Part shown: positions 8,992-18,059 of the stretch, one piece after another
Numbering within the stretch: the stretch's first letter is position 1
Layout of the letters: the number at the start of each line of letters is the position of its first letter
From: an uncultured bacterium
GTDB taxonomy: Bacteria > Acidobacteriota > Thermoanaerobaculia > Multivoradales > JAHZIX01
NCBI GenBank assembly: GCA_965368975.1
Contig: CBDUPA010000008.1
Location: 1-64,000, forward strand
DNA length: 64,000 nt
Reading direction: 5' to 3'
Program-made: the position numbers and the translations under genes
Notes under the pieces: generated by a model
What the model saw: the letters and a program-made list of their open reading frames with translations, nothing else
What the model was told of the DNA's origin: nothing
Database searches by the model: none

Positions 8992-10935
8992 ATGAGCGGC
9001 ATCTGCGGTTATGCTGGGGCGCCACCGGACGAGGGGCTGCTGCGACGCATGGCCGCGCGCTTGGTGCACCGAGGCCCGGACGACGAGGGTTTCTTGCTGA
9101 CGCCGAAGATCGGTCTGGGCATGCGACGGCTGAGCCTGGTCGACGGCGAGTGCGGCCGCCAGCCGCAGCTCAGTGAGGATCGGCGCGTCGCCCTGGTGTT
9201 CGATGGTGAGATCTATAACCACGCTCAGCTACGCGAGCAGTTACAGACGCGCGGCCATCGCTTCACCACGCGCTCAGATGCCGAGGTCCTCGTGCAGTTG
9301 TACGAGGAGCGGGGGCGCGACGCCTTGCTCGAGTTACGCGGTAACTTTGCGCTGGCACTCTACGACGGTCGCCGTCGTAGCCTGCTGCTGGCTCGCGATC
9401 GTCTTGGCGTCAAGCCACTGTATTGCACGCTGTGCGGCGGACGTCTGCTCTTCGCGTCGGAGTTGAAGGCACTGCTCGCCGACCCGGCTGTGTCCGTGAC
9501 ACCGCATTTGCCGTCGATCGACGCCTATCTGAAGCTGCGCTACGTGCCGGGCTCGGATACGCTGATCAAGGGTGTCTGGCGCCTGCCGCCCGGCTGCTGG
9601 CTGGAGTGGCGAGACGGCCGTGTGCAGTCGGACCACTATTGGGTTCTGCCGCCCCGTCCTCGCGACGTCGCGGCGGCCGCGGACTCGGAGCAAGGAGAGG
9701 AGGACGAACGGCGCTTCGAAGCGCTTCTGCGGGAAGGATTGGAGCTGCACCGGATGGGCGATGTGTCTCAGGACACCTACCTGCGGAGAGACCTGGCCAG
9801 GCAGCCGGTGGTCGCTGAGGACTTACAGTACCTGCCCGAGATCCTCTACGCCCTCGAGGAGCCGCAGGTGGACGCGGACATTCTGCCAACGTTCCTACGG
9901 GCGCGCGACGTGGCGCAGCGTCGCAAAGTGGTTCTCACGGACGCCGGTGCCGGAGAGATTCTCGGTAGCTCGGCCGTGCACCAGCTGCTCGATAGGATGC
10001 GGCGGTATCGCGGTGCGGTGCCTGGTTGGTTGCACCGTCGGGGACTGGCTCCGGCTGCCGGAGTGCTGCCGGAGCGCTGGCTCAACTCGCTGTTCGCCTG
10101 GCTGTGCGGCGGCTCTTCCGAGCTACCGGGATTGCTGCAAACCGCTGGCAAGCAGAAGCTTCTGCGCCTCGTGCGGCTTGCGGGGGCGGATGTCCTGGAG
10201 GTCGAGGCGGCCTACCGCCTGCTCGTCACCTTGTTCGACGACTCCGACCGCAGCGCTCTCTACGCTCCCGACACCGCAGCCGCGCTGGTCGCGGCGCGCG
10301 TAGGTGAGCTGCAAGAGGGCTGGAGTGACGAGTTCGGTGCCGCGGCCGGCGACCTGCGCGAAGCCGAGGTCTTTCTCGATCACCTCCTGCGTCTGCAACT
10401 GCGCGACGAGTTGCCGGACAACCTCCTGCACCGGCAGGGGAAGCTGGCGATGGCACACGGGCTGGAACTGCGCACGCCGTTCCTCGATCATGAGCTTGTC
10501 GAGTTTCTGACCACCGTGCCAGCGTCTCTCAAGTTACCGGGGGCGGCGGGGAAGAGCCCACTGCAGCAGAGTGCGGAGCGGACGCTCGGCCAGGTGGAGT
10601 CGTGGCCGTCGAGGCGATGGGGTCACCTCGTGGGCCAACGATCCGTGCCGGAGCCCGCTTTCCGCGAGTTGCTGGACCAGACGCTGAGGCCTGAGCGTGT
10701 GGCCCGTCGAGGGCTGTTCCGTCCGGAGCTGGTGGCGGCTCTGGTCGAGAGTCTCGATGGGCGGCTTGACAGGCATCTCCGGGGGCACGACCTCTCGACT
10801 CTCGAGCGCGTGATGTCGCTGAGTCTCCTGGAACTCTGGTACCAAGTCTTCGTCGACGCGGGGCAGCAGCCGTCATCGTCGATCGTGGATCGGGCCGTGC
10901 CACGGCCGGCAGTGGTGTTGGAGGACGGGAGGTAG
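8992..10935 (+). CDS. Asparagine synthase (glutamine-hydrolysing)-like protein with degenerate catalytic motifs
   Basis: HRGPD, ARDRLGVKPLY, FASELKAL and LELRTPFLD retained; Cys2 is Ser, NGEIYN is DGEIYN, SGGxDS absent. Confidence 0.8.
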   Translation: MSGICGYAGAPPDEGLLRRMAARLVHRGPDDEGFLLTPKIGLGMRRLSLVDGECGRQPQLSEDRRVALVFDGEIYNHAQLREQLQTRGHRFTTRSDAEVLVQLYEERGRDALLELRGNFALALYDGRRRSLLLARDRLGVKPLYCTLCGGRLLFASELKALLADPAVSVTPHLPSIDAYLKLRYVPGSDTLIKGVWRLPPGCWLEWRDGRVQSDHYWVLPPRPRDVAAAADSEQGEEDERRFEALLREGLELHRMGDVSQDTYLRRDLARQPVVAEDLQYLPEILYALEEPQVDADILPTFLRARDVAQRRKVVLTDAGAGEILGSSAVHQLLDRMRRYRGAVPGWLHRRGLAPAAGVLPERWLNSLFAWLCGGSSELPGLLQTAGKQKLLRLVRLAGADVLEVEAAYRLLVTLFDDSDRSALYAPDTAAALVAARVGELQEGWSDEFGAAAGDLREAEVFLDHLLRLQLRDELPDNLLHRQGKLAMAHGLELRTPFLDHELVEFLTTVPASLKLPGAAGKSPLQQSAERTLGQVESWPSRRWGHLVGQRSVPEPAFRELLDQTLRPERVARRGLFRPELVAALVESLDGRLDRHLRGHDLSTLERVMSLSLLELWYQVFVDAGQQPSSSIVDRAVPRPAVVLEDGR

Positions 10936-11012
10936 GCCGGTAGCCACGAATCCCTCCTGAGGCGGGCCATGATATCCTCCGCGAGTTCTGTTCATTACGG
11001 GAGGAGGGAGCT

Positions 11013-13445
11013 GTGGCTGGTTGGCTCGACGACCTGCGTTCAGGCTTGCGTGCTCTGGGCCGGCGCCGTCTGTTGGCGTCGACGGTCATCGTGTCGCTCG
11101 GTCTGGCGTTGGCGGGCAATGCAACCGTCTTCAGCCTGACCAGCGCGCTGTTGTTACGGCCCTTCTCCTACGACACCGACGGTCTGGTCTTTCTGTGGCA
11201 GGTACGGTCGAACGATGGCAACCAGCTGGGGCTGGTGTCACCCGCCAACTTCGAAGATTGGCGAACGCGTGCACGGGTCTTCGACCAGCTGAGTGCCTTT
11301 CGCTCCGAAGTGCTCAGCCTGAGCGAGGGGGACGAGCCTGAACCGCTGGTAGCGGCGTCGATCTCGGTACCTCTGTTCGACATGCTGGGCGTCGAGCCAG
11401 CGCTGGGCCGCTTGTTCCTGCCCGAAGATGGACGGCCTGGAGCCGAGCCCGTGATTGTCCTCAGCCACGAGCTGTGGCGTGATCGCTACGCCGCCTCGCC
11501 GGACGTCCTGGGCCGCGTGCTGGAGATCAATGGCGGAGCGCGCACGGTCATCGGTGTGCTGCCGGGTGATTTCTGGTTTCTCAATCCGCAGGTACGCGCC
11601 TGGTTGCCTCTGGTATTGCAGGCTTCCGACTACGGCGGCGGTCGGCTGCCACGCCAGCCAGGCCAGTTGATGGTGGCCGGCCGGCTGCGCGAGGACGTGT
11701 CGCGCGAGCTGGCGCTGCAAGAGATGATGCGGCTGAGCGAGGAGTTGGAGTCCGAGTTCCCGCAGGCCAACCGCGGTGTGCGAGTACGACTACTGAGCCC
11801 GCGCGACCAGTTCCCGGGGCGCGACAACATGATCCTACTGCTGATCATCCAGGGAGCGCTCGGCTTCGTTTTGTTGATCGCCTGTGGCAACGTGGCCAAC
11901 CTGCTGCTAGCCCAAGGGCAGGCGCGGAGTCGAGAGCTGGCCGTCCGCGCTGCGGTTGGAGCCAGTCCAGGGCGTCTGCTGCGCCAGTTGTTGAGCGAGA
12001 GTCTGTGGTTGTCGGTCGGTGGCGCCATCCTCGGGCTGTTGCTCGGCGTCGTCGGCGTGCGCCTGCTGGCTGCCGCTTTCGGACCCGTGCTCCCGCCGCA
12101 CATCGAGCCTCGGGTCGATGGAGGCGTGGTGCTCTTCGGGGCGATCCTCGGTCTGTTGTCGGTCTTGGTGTTTGGCGCTGTGCCGGCCTGGCGCGGTCGT
12201 CGGCCCGACCTAGTCGCCGGTCTGCGGGAGCACGCCGGCACCGCCGGTCCCGGTCCGCGCATGTTCAGCCGTGGCCTGGTGGTGGTGGAGGTGGCGCTGG
12301 CGTTGGCCCTGTTGACCTGTGCGGTTCTGCTGGTTGATAGCTTCGTTCGCCTGGCGACAGTGGACGAGGGTTTCGAGACTGAGGGCCTGCTGGCCGGCTT
12401 CGTCAGCTTGCCCGAGGACCGCTACCCGGACGCGACCCGCCAGCTCGCTTTCTACGACCGCTTGCGCCCACGTCTGGCGGTGATTCCTGGCGTCGAGAAC
12501 GTGACGCTGACCAATCTGATGCCGCGCAGCCTGGTGTCACCGCTGACAGCGCTCCAGATCGACGGCCGGCCGCCACTGGATGATAGCGCTCTGCCGTCGG
12601 CGATCGTCGTGGATGTCGACCAGGCTTATCTCGAGACGCTGGGTGCACGCCTGTCCCAGGGCCGTTTTCTCCGTGCGGCCGACCGCGCCCCGGCAGCACC
12701 GGTGGTGGTGATCAACCGCACGCTGGCTCGGCGCCTCTTCGGTGCCGAGATGGAGACCGACACGCCCGTGGGTCGCCGACTCGGTTTCGAGGACCGCGTC
12801 TGGACCATCGTTGGTGTGGTCGACGACATCCAACAGGCGTATGCACTCGATCCCGCGTCGCCGCAGCAGAGCGTGCTCTACCGTCACTTCAGCCTGCGGC
12901 CGCAGGCGGCGATGTCTCTCTTGTTGCGCACCAACGGGGCGCCGGAGTCCATGGCGGAGGAGGTGCGCGCGGTGCTGCAGCACCTGGACCGCGACCTGGT
13001 CTCGACGCAATTGGTGACTTTCGAGTCGATCCTCGAGCAGCTCAACGTGGCGCCGCGAGTGCTCGGCGCTCTGACCTCCATCTTTGCGCTGCTGGCCGTC
13101 GTCCTCGCCACCATCGGTCTCTACGGAGTGCTGGCGCGCTCAGTGGCGCGGCACCGGCGTGAGATTGGCGTGCGTATGGCCCTCGGTGCCAGCCGCCGGG
13201 GTGTGGTCCTGGCGGTGGTCAACCAGGCCCTGGTTCTGACGCTGGCCGGCGTGGTCCTGGCTCTGCCCTTGGTGTGGTGGATCACCGGCGTCCTGGATAG
13301 CATTCTGGCCGAGATCGGAGGCGTCCGCCCGCTGATGGCGCTGGCCGCCTGTGCCTTGGTCTTGATCATCGCCGCCATCGCCGGTTACCTGCCGGCGCGC
13401 CATGCCGCGAAGGTCGACCCGGCGGTGGTGCTGAAAGGGGAGTAG
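11013..13445 (+). CDS. ABC transporter permease, MacB/FtsX duplicated (ADOP-type)
   Basis: LLIACGNVANLLLA, RELAVRAAVGA, REIGVRMALGA, PARHAAKVDP; 810 aa duplicated architecture. Confidence 0.92.
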   Translation: MAGWLDDLRSGLRALGRRRLLASTVIVSLGLALAGNATVFSLTSALLLRPFSYDTDGLVFLWQVRSNDGNQLGLVSPANFEDWRTRARVFDQLSAFRSEVLSLSEGDEPEPLVAASISVPLFDMLGVEPALGRLFLPEDGRPGAEPVIVLSHELWRDRYAASPDVLGRVLEINGGARTVIGVLPGDFWFLNPQVRAWLPLVLQASDYGGGRLPRQPGQLMVAGRLREDVSRELALQEMMRLSEELESEFPQANRGVRVRLLSPRDQFPGRDNMILLLIIQGALGFVLLIACGNVANLLLAQGQARSRELAVRAAVGASPGRLLRQLLSESLWLSVGGAILGLLLGVVGVRLLAAAFGPVLPPHIEPRVDGGVVLFGAILGLLSVLVFGAVPAWRGRRPDLVAGLREHAGTAGPGPRMFSRGLVVVEVALALALLTCAVLLVDSFVRLATVDEGFETEGLLAGFVSLPEDRYPDATRQLAFYDRLRPRLAVIPGVENVTLTNLMPRSLVSPLTALQIDGRPPLDDSALPSAIVVDVDQAYLETLGARLSQGRFLRAADRAPAAPVVVINRTLARRLFGAEMETDTPVGRRLGFEDRVWTIVGVVDDIQQAYALDPASPQQSVLYRHFSLRPQAAMSLLLRTNGAPESMAEEVRAVLQHLDRDLVSTQLVTFESILEQLNVAPRVLGALTSIFALLAVVLATIGLYGVLARSVARHRREIGVRMALGASRRGVVLAVVNQALVLTLAGVVLALPLVWWITGVLDSILAEIGGVRPLMALAACALVLIIAAIAGYLPARHAAKVDPAVVLKGE

Positions 13446-13457
13446 CGCCGGTGTCCG

Positions 13458-14588
13458 TCAGACTAGTTCTGCGATGTACTTCTCGCGCGCCAGGCGCCAG
13501 AAGACGACGAAGAAGGCCGTCAGAGGGATCGCCAGGATCATGCCGGTGAGACCGTTGAGGGCCGAGCCCCAGAAGAAGATGGCGACGATGATCGCCATCG
13601 GGTGCAGGCCGGTGCGGTCGCCCATGATTTTGGGCGTCAGGAAGTAGGCTTCGATGTTCTGTACCACGATGAACACCACGATCACCCACAGCAACGTGCC
13701 GCCGCCACCGTCGGGTTGGAAGTAGGCCAGAGGCAGCGCGATACCAAGACCGATCAGGTTGCCCAGGTAGGGCACGATATTGAGGAAGCCGAGTGACAAA
13801 CCGATCACGAGGCCATACTTGAGCCCGGCGAGAGTGAAGCCGATGGCGAACAGCAGACCCTGCAGCAGCGCGATGATCAGCTGGCCGCGGAAGAAGGCGA
13901 CCAAGATGTTGACGAACTCGCGCACCAGGTACACCACGTCGTCGCGTGTTTCGGTCTTGAGGAAGGGCAGCAGGTTCTCAGGGTGTCGCCGGCCCTCGCC
14001 CGGATCGAGGACCAGGAAGAAGCCGATGTAGACCGGCATGACGACCCAGCTGAGAAGTTTGCCGACCACGCCGAGCGCACCGGCACCCGCCGACCAGGCC
14101 TGGGTGCCGAGATACTGGAGCGCCGACCACATGGCTGCTTCCTTGCCCTCGACCAGCTCGCGCAGCCGCCCCGTGAGGCCCTCGCGTTCCCAGTACTGAG
14201 CCACTTGCGGCAAGCGGGTCTCGATCTGGTCGAGTAGCTTGGCGCCCAGTTGGGGCAAGTTGCGCACCAGGTCGGTCAGTTGCTCGACAACCAGGGCGCC
14301 GAAGAACCAGCCGAGGCCGAGGATCGGTAGCAGAAGCGAGGCGAAGACTGCGACCACCGCGAGGGTGCGCGGCAGTCGCAGGCGTTCGACGTACCAATCG
14401 AAGTATGGGCGCACCACCAGCGCGAAGACGGCGGCTACCGCCAGCGGCAGGAAGACGTGCGAGAAGCGTCCGAGGAACAGACCCAGCCCGTACAGCAAGC
14501 CGGAAATGGCGGCCAGCACCAAGGCGGCACACACGGCCGTCAAGCCGGCCGCGATCACCGCATTTTGCCGTTCGCTCAGCTGGATCAT
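13458..14588 (-). CDS. AI-2E family transporter
   Basis: FFRGQL, NIVPYLG, PKIMGDRTGLHP, GMILAIPL motifs. Confidence 0.9.
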   Translation of the reverse strand: MIQLSERQNAVIAAGLTAVCAALVLAAISGLLYGLGLFLGRFSHVFLPLAVAAVFALVVRPYFDWYVERLRLPRTLAVVAVFASLLLPILGLGWFFGALVVEQLTDLVRNLPQLGAKLLDQIETRLPQVAQYWEREGLTGRLRELVEGKEAAMWSALQYLGTQAWSAGAGALGVVGKLLSWVVMPVYIGFFLVLDPGEGRRHPENLLPFLKTETRDDVVYLVREFVNILVAFFRGQLIIALLQGLLFAIGFTLAGLKYGLVIGLSLGFLNIVPYLGNLIGLGIALPLAYFQPDGGGGTLLWVIVVFIVVQNIEAYFLTPKIMGDRTGLHPMAIIVAIFFWGSALNGLTGMILAIPLTAFFVVFWRLAREKYIAELV

Positions 14589-14595
14589 GTGTGAC

Positions 14596-15162
14596 TCAGT
14601 GGCCTCCGTGGCCGGAGTCACCGTCGCCGTGGTCCGCGGTGCCGTGGTCCGTGGTTTCGTGGTCCATGGTGTCACCGTGATCCATATCACCGTGATCCAT
14701 GCCCTCCATGCCTTCTCCCTCACTGAAGATCAGCTCGGTGTCGGCGGGCAGCTTGGAGATCGCGTCGACGCGCATGGCTGGGATCTGTTCCCAGTCCATG
14801 ACCAGCGTCATCTCGATCTTGTCGCCCACGGCCAGGCCTTCGAGGATGGCGTCGTCGTTGGGGAAGAAGGGCATGTTCATGGTGTCCATGGCCATCGGCT
14901 CGCCGTCCTGATCGATCATATCGGGCACCGGCTCGTGACGTACCATGAACTGGTAGCCTGGGTTGTCCGGAGCCGGCATCTGCGTCACTTCGCCACGGAC
15001 GGCGTAGGTCACTGCCGTCGCCGGTGCTGCCTCGGTGGGTGCATCGTCGGCGGCCGGTTCCGGGGCACCACCGCCGCAAGCGGCGAGCAGAAGCAGCGTG
15101 GAGAGGAAGGCCGCCGCCGTCGGGCGGCCGAAGAGTCTGAAGATGGCGTTGTTCTTGCTCAT
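14596..15162 (-). CDS. CusF-like copper-binding lipoprotein with His/Met-rich tail
   Basis: Lipobox LAAC; VRHEPVPD...M.TMNMPF...LAVGDKI; C-terminal DHG repeats. Confidence 0.75.
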   Translation of the reverse strand: MSKNNAIFRLFGRPTAAAFLSTLLLLAACGGGAPEPAADDAPTEAAPATAVTYAVRGEVTQMPAPDNPGYQFMVRHEPVPDMIDQDGEPMAMDTMNMPFFPNDDAILEGLAVGDKIEMTLVMDWEQIPAMRVDAISKLPADTELIFSEGEGMEGMDHGDMDHGDTMDHETTDHGTADHGDGDSGHGGH

Positions 15163-15347
15163 GGGGAGGGATTCTAGCGCATCCGTGGCCGTCCTCGGAA
15201 ACGTATATTCCAACGGCGTTACAATGAAGTGTCCTGCGCGGCCGTGCGTCGCGCAACCCCAGGCGCACGAACCCCAGGCACATGAACCGATCAGCAAAGA
15301 TCTCGACACGGCAGCTCGGCAGGCTCACCGAGCCCAGGGAGACGACG

Positions 15348-16322
15348 ATGGAAGCAGCACACCAACCTCCACGTAACCCACGCAGGTTCCGATCTCAGGA
15401 CCTCTGCTATCGCACTCTCTGCTACCGCACCCTCGGCCTGCTGGTGGCGGCAACGCTGTGGCTGCTGACACCGTCGTGCCTGCCGGCGCAAGACGCGGAC
15501 GCTGTCACAGGTGCCTGGCGGCTGAGTGACGTCTGGGACGACGGCAAAGCCGAGTATGCGGCCTACGAGGTCGACTGGCGCCGCTATGGTCAGCTGTTCA
15601 AGGGCCGAGCACTGTTGGTCGTGGTCAAGGAGCCGTGGGCGCCGGACCTGGACGTCAAGGCCGACCAGCCACGGCCCGATGGTTTCGACGTCGTGAAGCT
15701 GAATCACATCCGGGATGTCGACACCGGTATCTACACCTACCACCAGATGGCCAGTATCTTCCAGCGGCGCGACGATGGTGACCTGCAGAAGCTCAGCGCC
15801 ATGTCGTCGGAGGCCTGCGGCCTGTCGACCGCTCTGCTCACCGACGGTCAGCTACAGACCAGTTCCTACTTCGACGGCCAGGGCACACGAACGCAGCCGT
15901 ATCCGCAGAGTGCCTTGCCGACGGATGGCTTGCCAATGCTGCTGCGTGACTACCTCGGTGGGCCGCTGCCGGAGCGTCTACAGATCTTTCCATCCTTGCT
16001 GCAGGGGCGCTTTCCAATGCTCGAGCCGGTCGACGTGGTGCTGCAGCGCCGAGCGGTGAGCGGCGTCGAGGTACCGGCCGGTACCTTTCACGGCATCGAA
16101 GTGATCATGACCCCTGTTGCGGGTGACACGTCTGGAGATCAGCGGGGTGCAGGCAGTACCGAACCCACGGTCTGGGTGTTCGACGCGCGGCCTCCGCACG
16201 TCTTGCTGCGCCTGCGCCAAGCGGACGGCACCGAGTACCGCCTGGCCAAGGTCGAGCGGCTGCCGTATTGGGGCATGGCTCAGCCCGGACAGGAAGCCTG
16301 GTGGCCGGAGAACCTGCGTTGA
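15348..16322 (+). CDS. Hypothetical secreted protein
   Basis: Long ORF with hydrophobic N-terminal segment, WDDGKAEYAAY and VEVPAGTF motifs; start uncertain. Confidence 0.65.
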   Translation: MEAAHQPPRNPRRFRSQDLCYRTLCYRTLGLLVAATLWLLTPSCLPAQDADAVTGAWRLSDVWDDGKAEYAAYEVDWRRYGQLFKGRALLVVVKEPWAPDLDVKADQPRPDGFDVVKLNHIRDVDTGIYTYHQMASIFQRRDDGDLQKLSAMSSEACGLSTALLTDGQLQTSSYFDGQGTRTQPYPQSALPTDGLPMLLRDYLGGPLPERLQIFPSLLQGRFPMLEPVDVVLQRRAVSGVEVPAGTFHGIEVIMTPVAGDTSGDQRGAGSTEPTVWVFDARPPHVLLRLRQADGTEYRLAKVERLPYWGMAQPGQEAWWPENLR

Positions 16323-16343
16323 TGGACGCGGCGGGAGCATTTC

Positions 16344-17135
16344 ATGTGGGGTGCTGATGGCGGACACCTGGAAGACGTCACCGGCGTTGCGGCTCGGCGA
16401 GAACGGGTGTTCCTGGTGCTGGCGGGCCTCTTCCTCGGCTCGATGGCGATGCTCAACATCCTGGGTATCAGCCGCTTCCTGAACTTCGAGTTCGATCTCT
16501 TCGGCTGGAAGCTGGCGATGCCGCTGGCGGTCGGCGTACTGCCGTACCCGATCACCTTCCTGTGTACCGACTTCATCTCGGAGATCTACGGCCGCCGCCG
16601 CGCCAACTTCGTTGTCTGGGTCGGTTTCCTGGTCAACGTGTGGTTGGTGTTCATCGTCTGGCTGGGCGGAGAGCTGCCCGGCTTCGACCAGGCGGTGCCC
16701 GACGCTGCTGGTCGTCTACCGGTGTTCTACGAGATCCGCAAGCTGACCCTGGGCGCGGTGGCGGCCTCGATGATTGCCTACCTGGCGGCGCAGCTGTGCG
16801 ATGTCCATGTCTTCCACTTCTGGAAGCGGGTGACCAAGGGCAAGCACCTGTGGCTGCGCAACAACGGTTCGACCCTGGTCAGTCAGTTCGTCGACAGTTT
16901 CGCCGTGATCACCATCACCCACTTCTACGCCGGCGCGCTGCCGATCGACGACGACAAGGCCTTGTGGCCCCAGCTGTGGACCTTCATCTTCACCTCCTAC
17001 CTCTTCAAGTTCAGCGCTGCCTTGCTGGACACGATCCCGTTCTATCTCGGCACTGCCTGGCTACGGCGCTACTTGCAGGTCGAGGACCCCCATGCCATCG
17101 AAGAGGCGACGTCAGCGGGCGAGCGGGAACCCTAG
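16344..17135 (+). CDS. yhhQ: Queuosine precursor transporter (VUT/YhhQ family)
   Basis: YPITFLCTDFISEIYG, ASMIAYLAAQLCD, LWLRNNGSTLVSQFVDS. Confidence 0.9.
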   Translation: MWGADGGHLEDVTGVAARRERVFLVLAGLFLGSMAMLNILGISRFLNFEFDLFGWKLAMPLAVGVLPYPITFLCTDFISEIYGRRRANFVVWVGFLVNVWLVFIVWLGGELPGFDQAVPDAAGRLPVFYEIRKLTLGAVAASMIAYLAAQLCDVHVFHFWKRVTKGKHLWLRNNGSTLVSQFVDSFAVITITHFYAGALPIDDDKALWPQLWTFIFTSYLFKFSAALLDTIPFYLGTAWLRRYLQVEDPHAIEEATSAGEREP

Positions 17136-17139
17136 AGGG

Positions 17140-17244
17140 AGGGTTGCGTGTTCGAAGCACTCCGACTGGCAAACAATGGCGAGAATCTCGGCGTTGGCTG
17201 CCACGAATTGTCACCTACGTGTGTCGGAGGCTGCGCAAACCCCT
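17140..17244. repeat. Long imperfect inverted repeat upstream of sigma54 promoter
   Basis: Nested complementary blocks gggttgcgt/gcgcaaaccc, ctccgac/gtcggag, acaat/attgt. Confidence 0.55.
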
Positions 17245-17265
17245 GTGATTTGGCATCTTGAAACA

Positions 17266-17281
17266 TGGCACGAGGGTTGCA
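17266..17281 (+). promoter_or_regulatory. sigma54 (-24/-12) promoter
   Basis: TGGCAC-GAGGG-TTGCA, an exact match to TGGCAC-N5-TTGCW in an intergenic region. Confidence 0.75.
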
Positions 17282-17291
17282 ATAGAGGTAG

Positions 17292-17439
17292 AGCGTAGGG
17301 CCAAGACCCCCAAAGGCAACGCCGAAGAGGGCTAGGTTCTACCGAAAATCGGTGAGCGTGGGGGCATGAAACCGGGGGGGGCTGCCCCCACGACCATCGA
17401 TCCGACTGCGTAGCGATCTCCACGGAGATCGCTTTTTTT
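17292..17439 (+). ncRNA. Candidate orphan structured small RNA (~150 nt)
   Basis: Bounded by the sigma54 promoter and an intrinsic terminator; internal hairpins; no downstream co-oriented gene. Confidence 0.6.
17412..17439 (+). terminator. Intrinsic terminator
   Basis: agcgatctc-cacg-gagatcgct followed by a T-tract. Confidence 0.85.
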
Positions 17440-17462
17440 GTGCTTGTCAGCTCGGCTTGCCC

Positions 17463-17501
17463 GCCGTCCGATAGGGGGCCGTCCGATAGGGGGCCGTCCG
17501 A
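17463..17501. repeat. 15-bp tandem repeat (gccgtccgatagggg x ~2.6)
   Basis: Read directly. Confidence 0.8.
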
Positions 17502-17525
17502 CAGACAGGAGAAGCGCAGCCAACG

Positions 17526-17556
17526 AAAAAGACCGGCCGCGGCGGCCGGTCTTTTT
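17526..17556. terminator. Bidirectional intrinsic terminator
   Basis: aaaaa-gaccggccgcggcggccggtc-ttttt dyad with A/T flanks, downstream of the XRE gene. Confidence 0.85.
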
Positions 17557-17597
17557 GTACAGCGAGGGCGAGTGCCCGAGCCTCACGGCATTGACTC

Positions 17598-18059
17598 TTA
17601 TGGGTAGTCGTCCAGCTCCTGGAACGGCAGGCCGCAGGGGTAGAAGAGGTTGAACACCGGCTGCTCGATCAGCTCGGCGAAGTAGAGGAAGCGTGGTCCG
17701 AAGACCTCGATACCGCTGTCGCCGGCCTCGATCTTCTTGTACTCCTCCTCGGAGATCTCCAGTGCCTGAGCCATATCGTCGAGGCTCTTCTCGCGGCGCT
17801 CGCGGTGCCCCTGGATCAGGTTGCCACACTCGCCCTTCTTGGTGTCTTCGGCCCGGCCGCTCTCGGCCAGCAGGCGTGCGGTCGGCGTCTCCAGGGTGAT
17901 GGCGATCTGAGCCAGCAGCGGACCGATGGTCTCCGCTTCGGACTCGCCCGCTTCCATGGTTTCGTAGTCCTCCTTCGAGATGTGCAGCGCTTGCGCCGCT
18001 TCCTCGACTGAGGCGCCCTTCTTCTCCCGTTCCTTTTTCAGAACATCACCGAGCTTCAT
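17598..18059 (-). CDS. Tandem two-domain XRE-family HTH transcriptional regulator
   Basis: Two copies of G..[LI]...RE....S....AQAL.IS.E.Y...EAG.S; GGAGG RBS upstream. Confidence 0.85.
   Translation of the reverse strand: MKLGDVLKKEREKKGASVEEAAQALHISKEDYETMEAGESEAETIGPLLAQIAITLETPTARLLAESGRAEDTKKGECGNLIQGHRERREKSLDDMAQALEISEEEYKKIEAGDSGIEVFGPRFLYFAELIEQPVFNLFYPCGLPFQELDDYP

Noticed and set aside
8992-13445. Lasso peptide cluster (AsnB-like cyclase plus transporter)
   Set aside because: No precursor, B1/B2 protein or ABC ATPase is visible, and the SGGxDS loop needed by cyclases is absent
17357-17396. tRNA or tmRNA fragment (stem ending in ACCA)
   Set aside because: No T-loop GTTCRA, D-arm or cloverleaf
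17292-17439. preQ1 or other riboswitch linked to yhhQ
   Set aside because: It lies downstream of yhhQ, controls no co-oriented gene and lacks the preQ1 consensus
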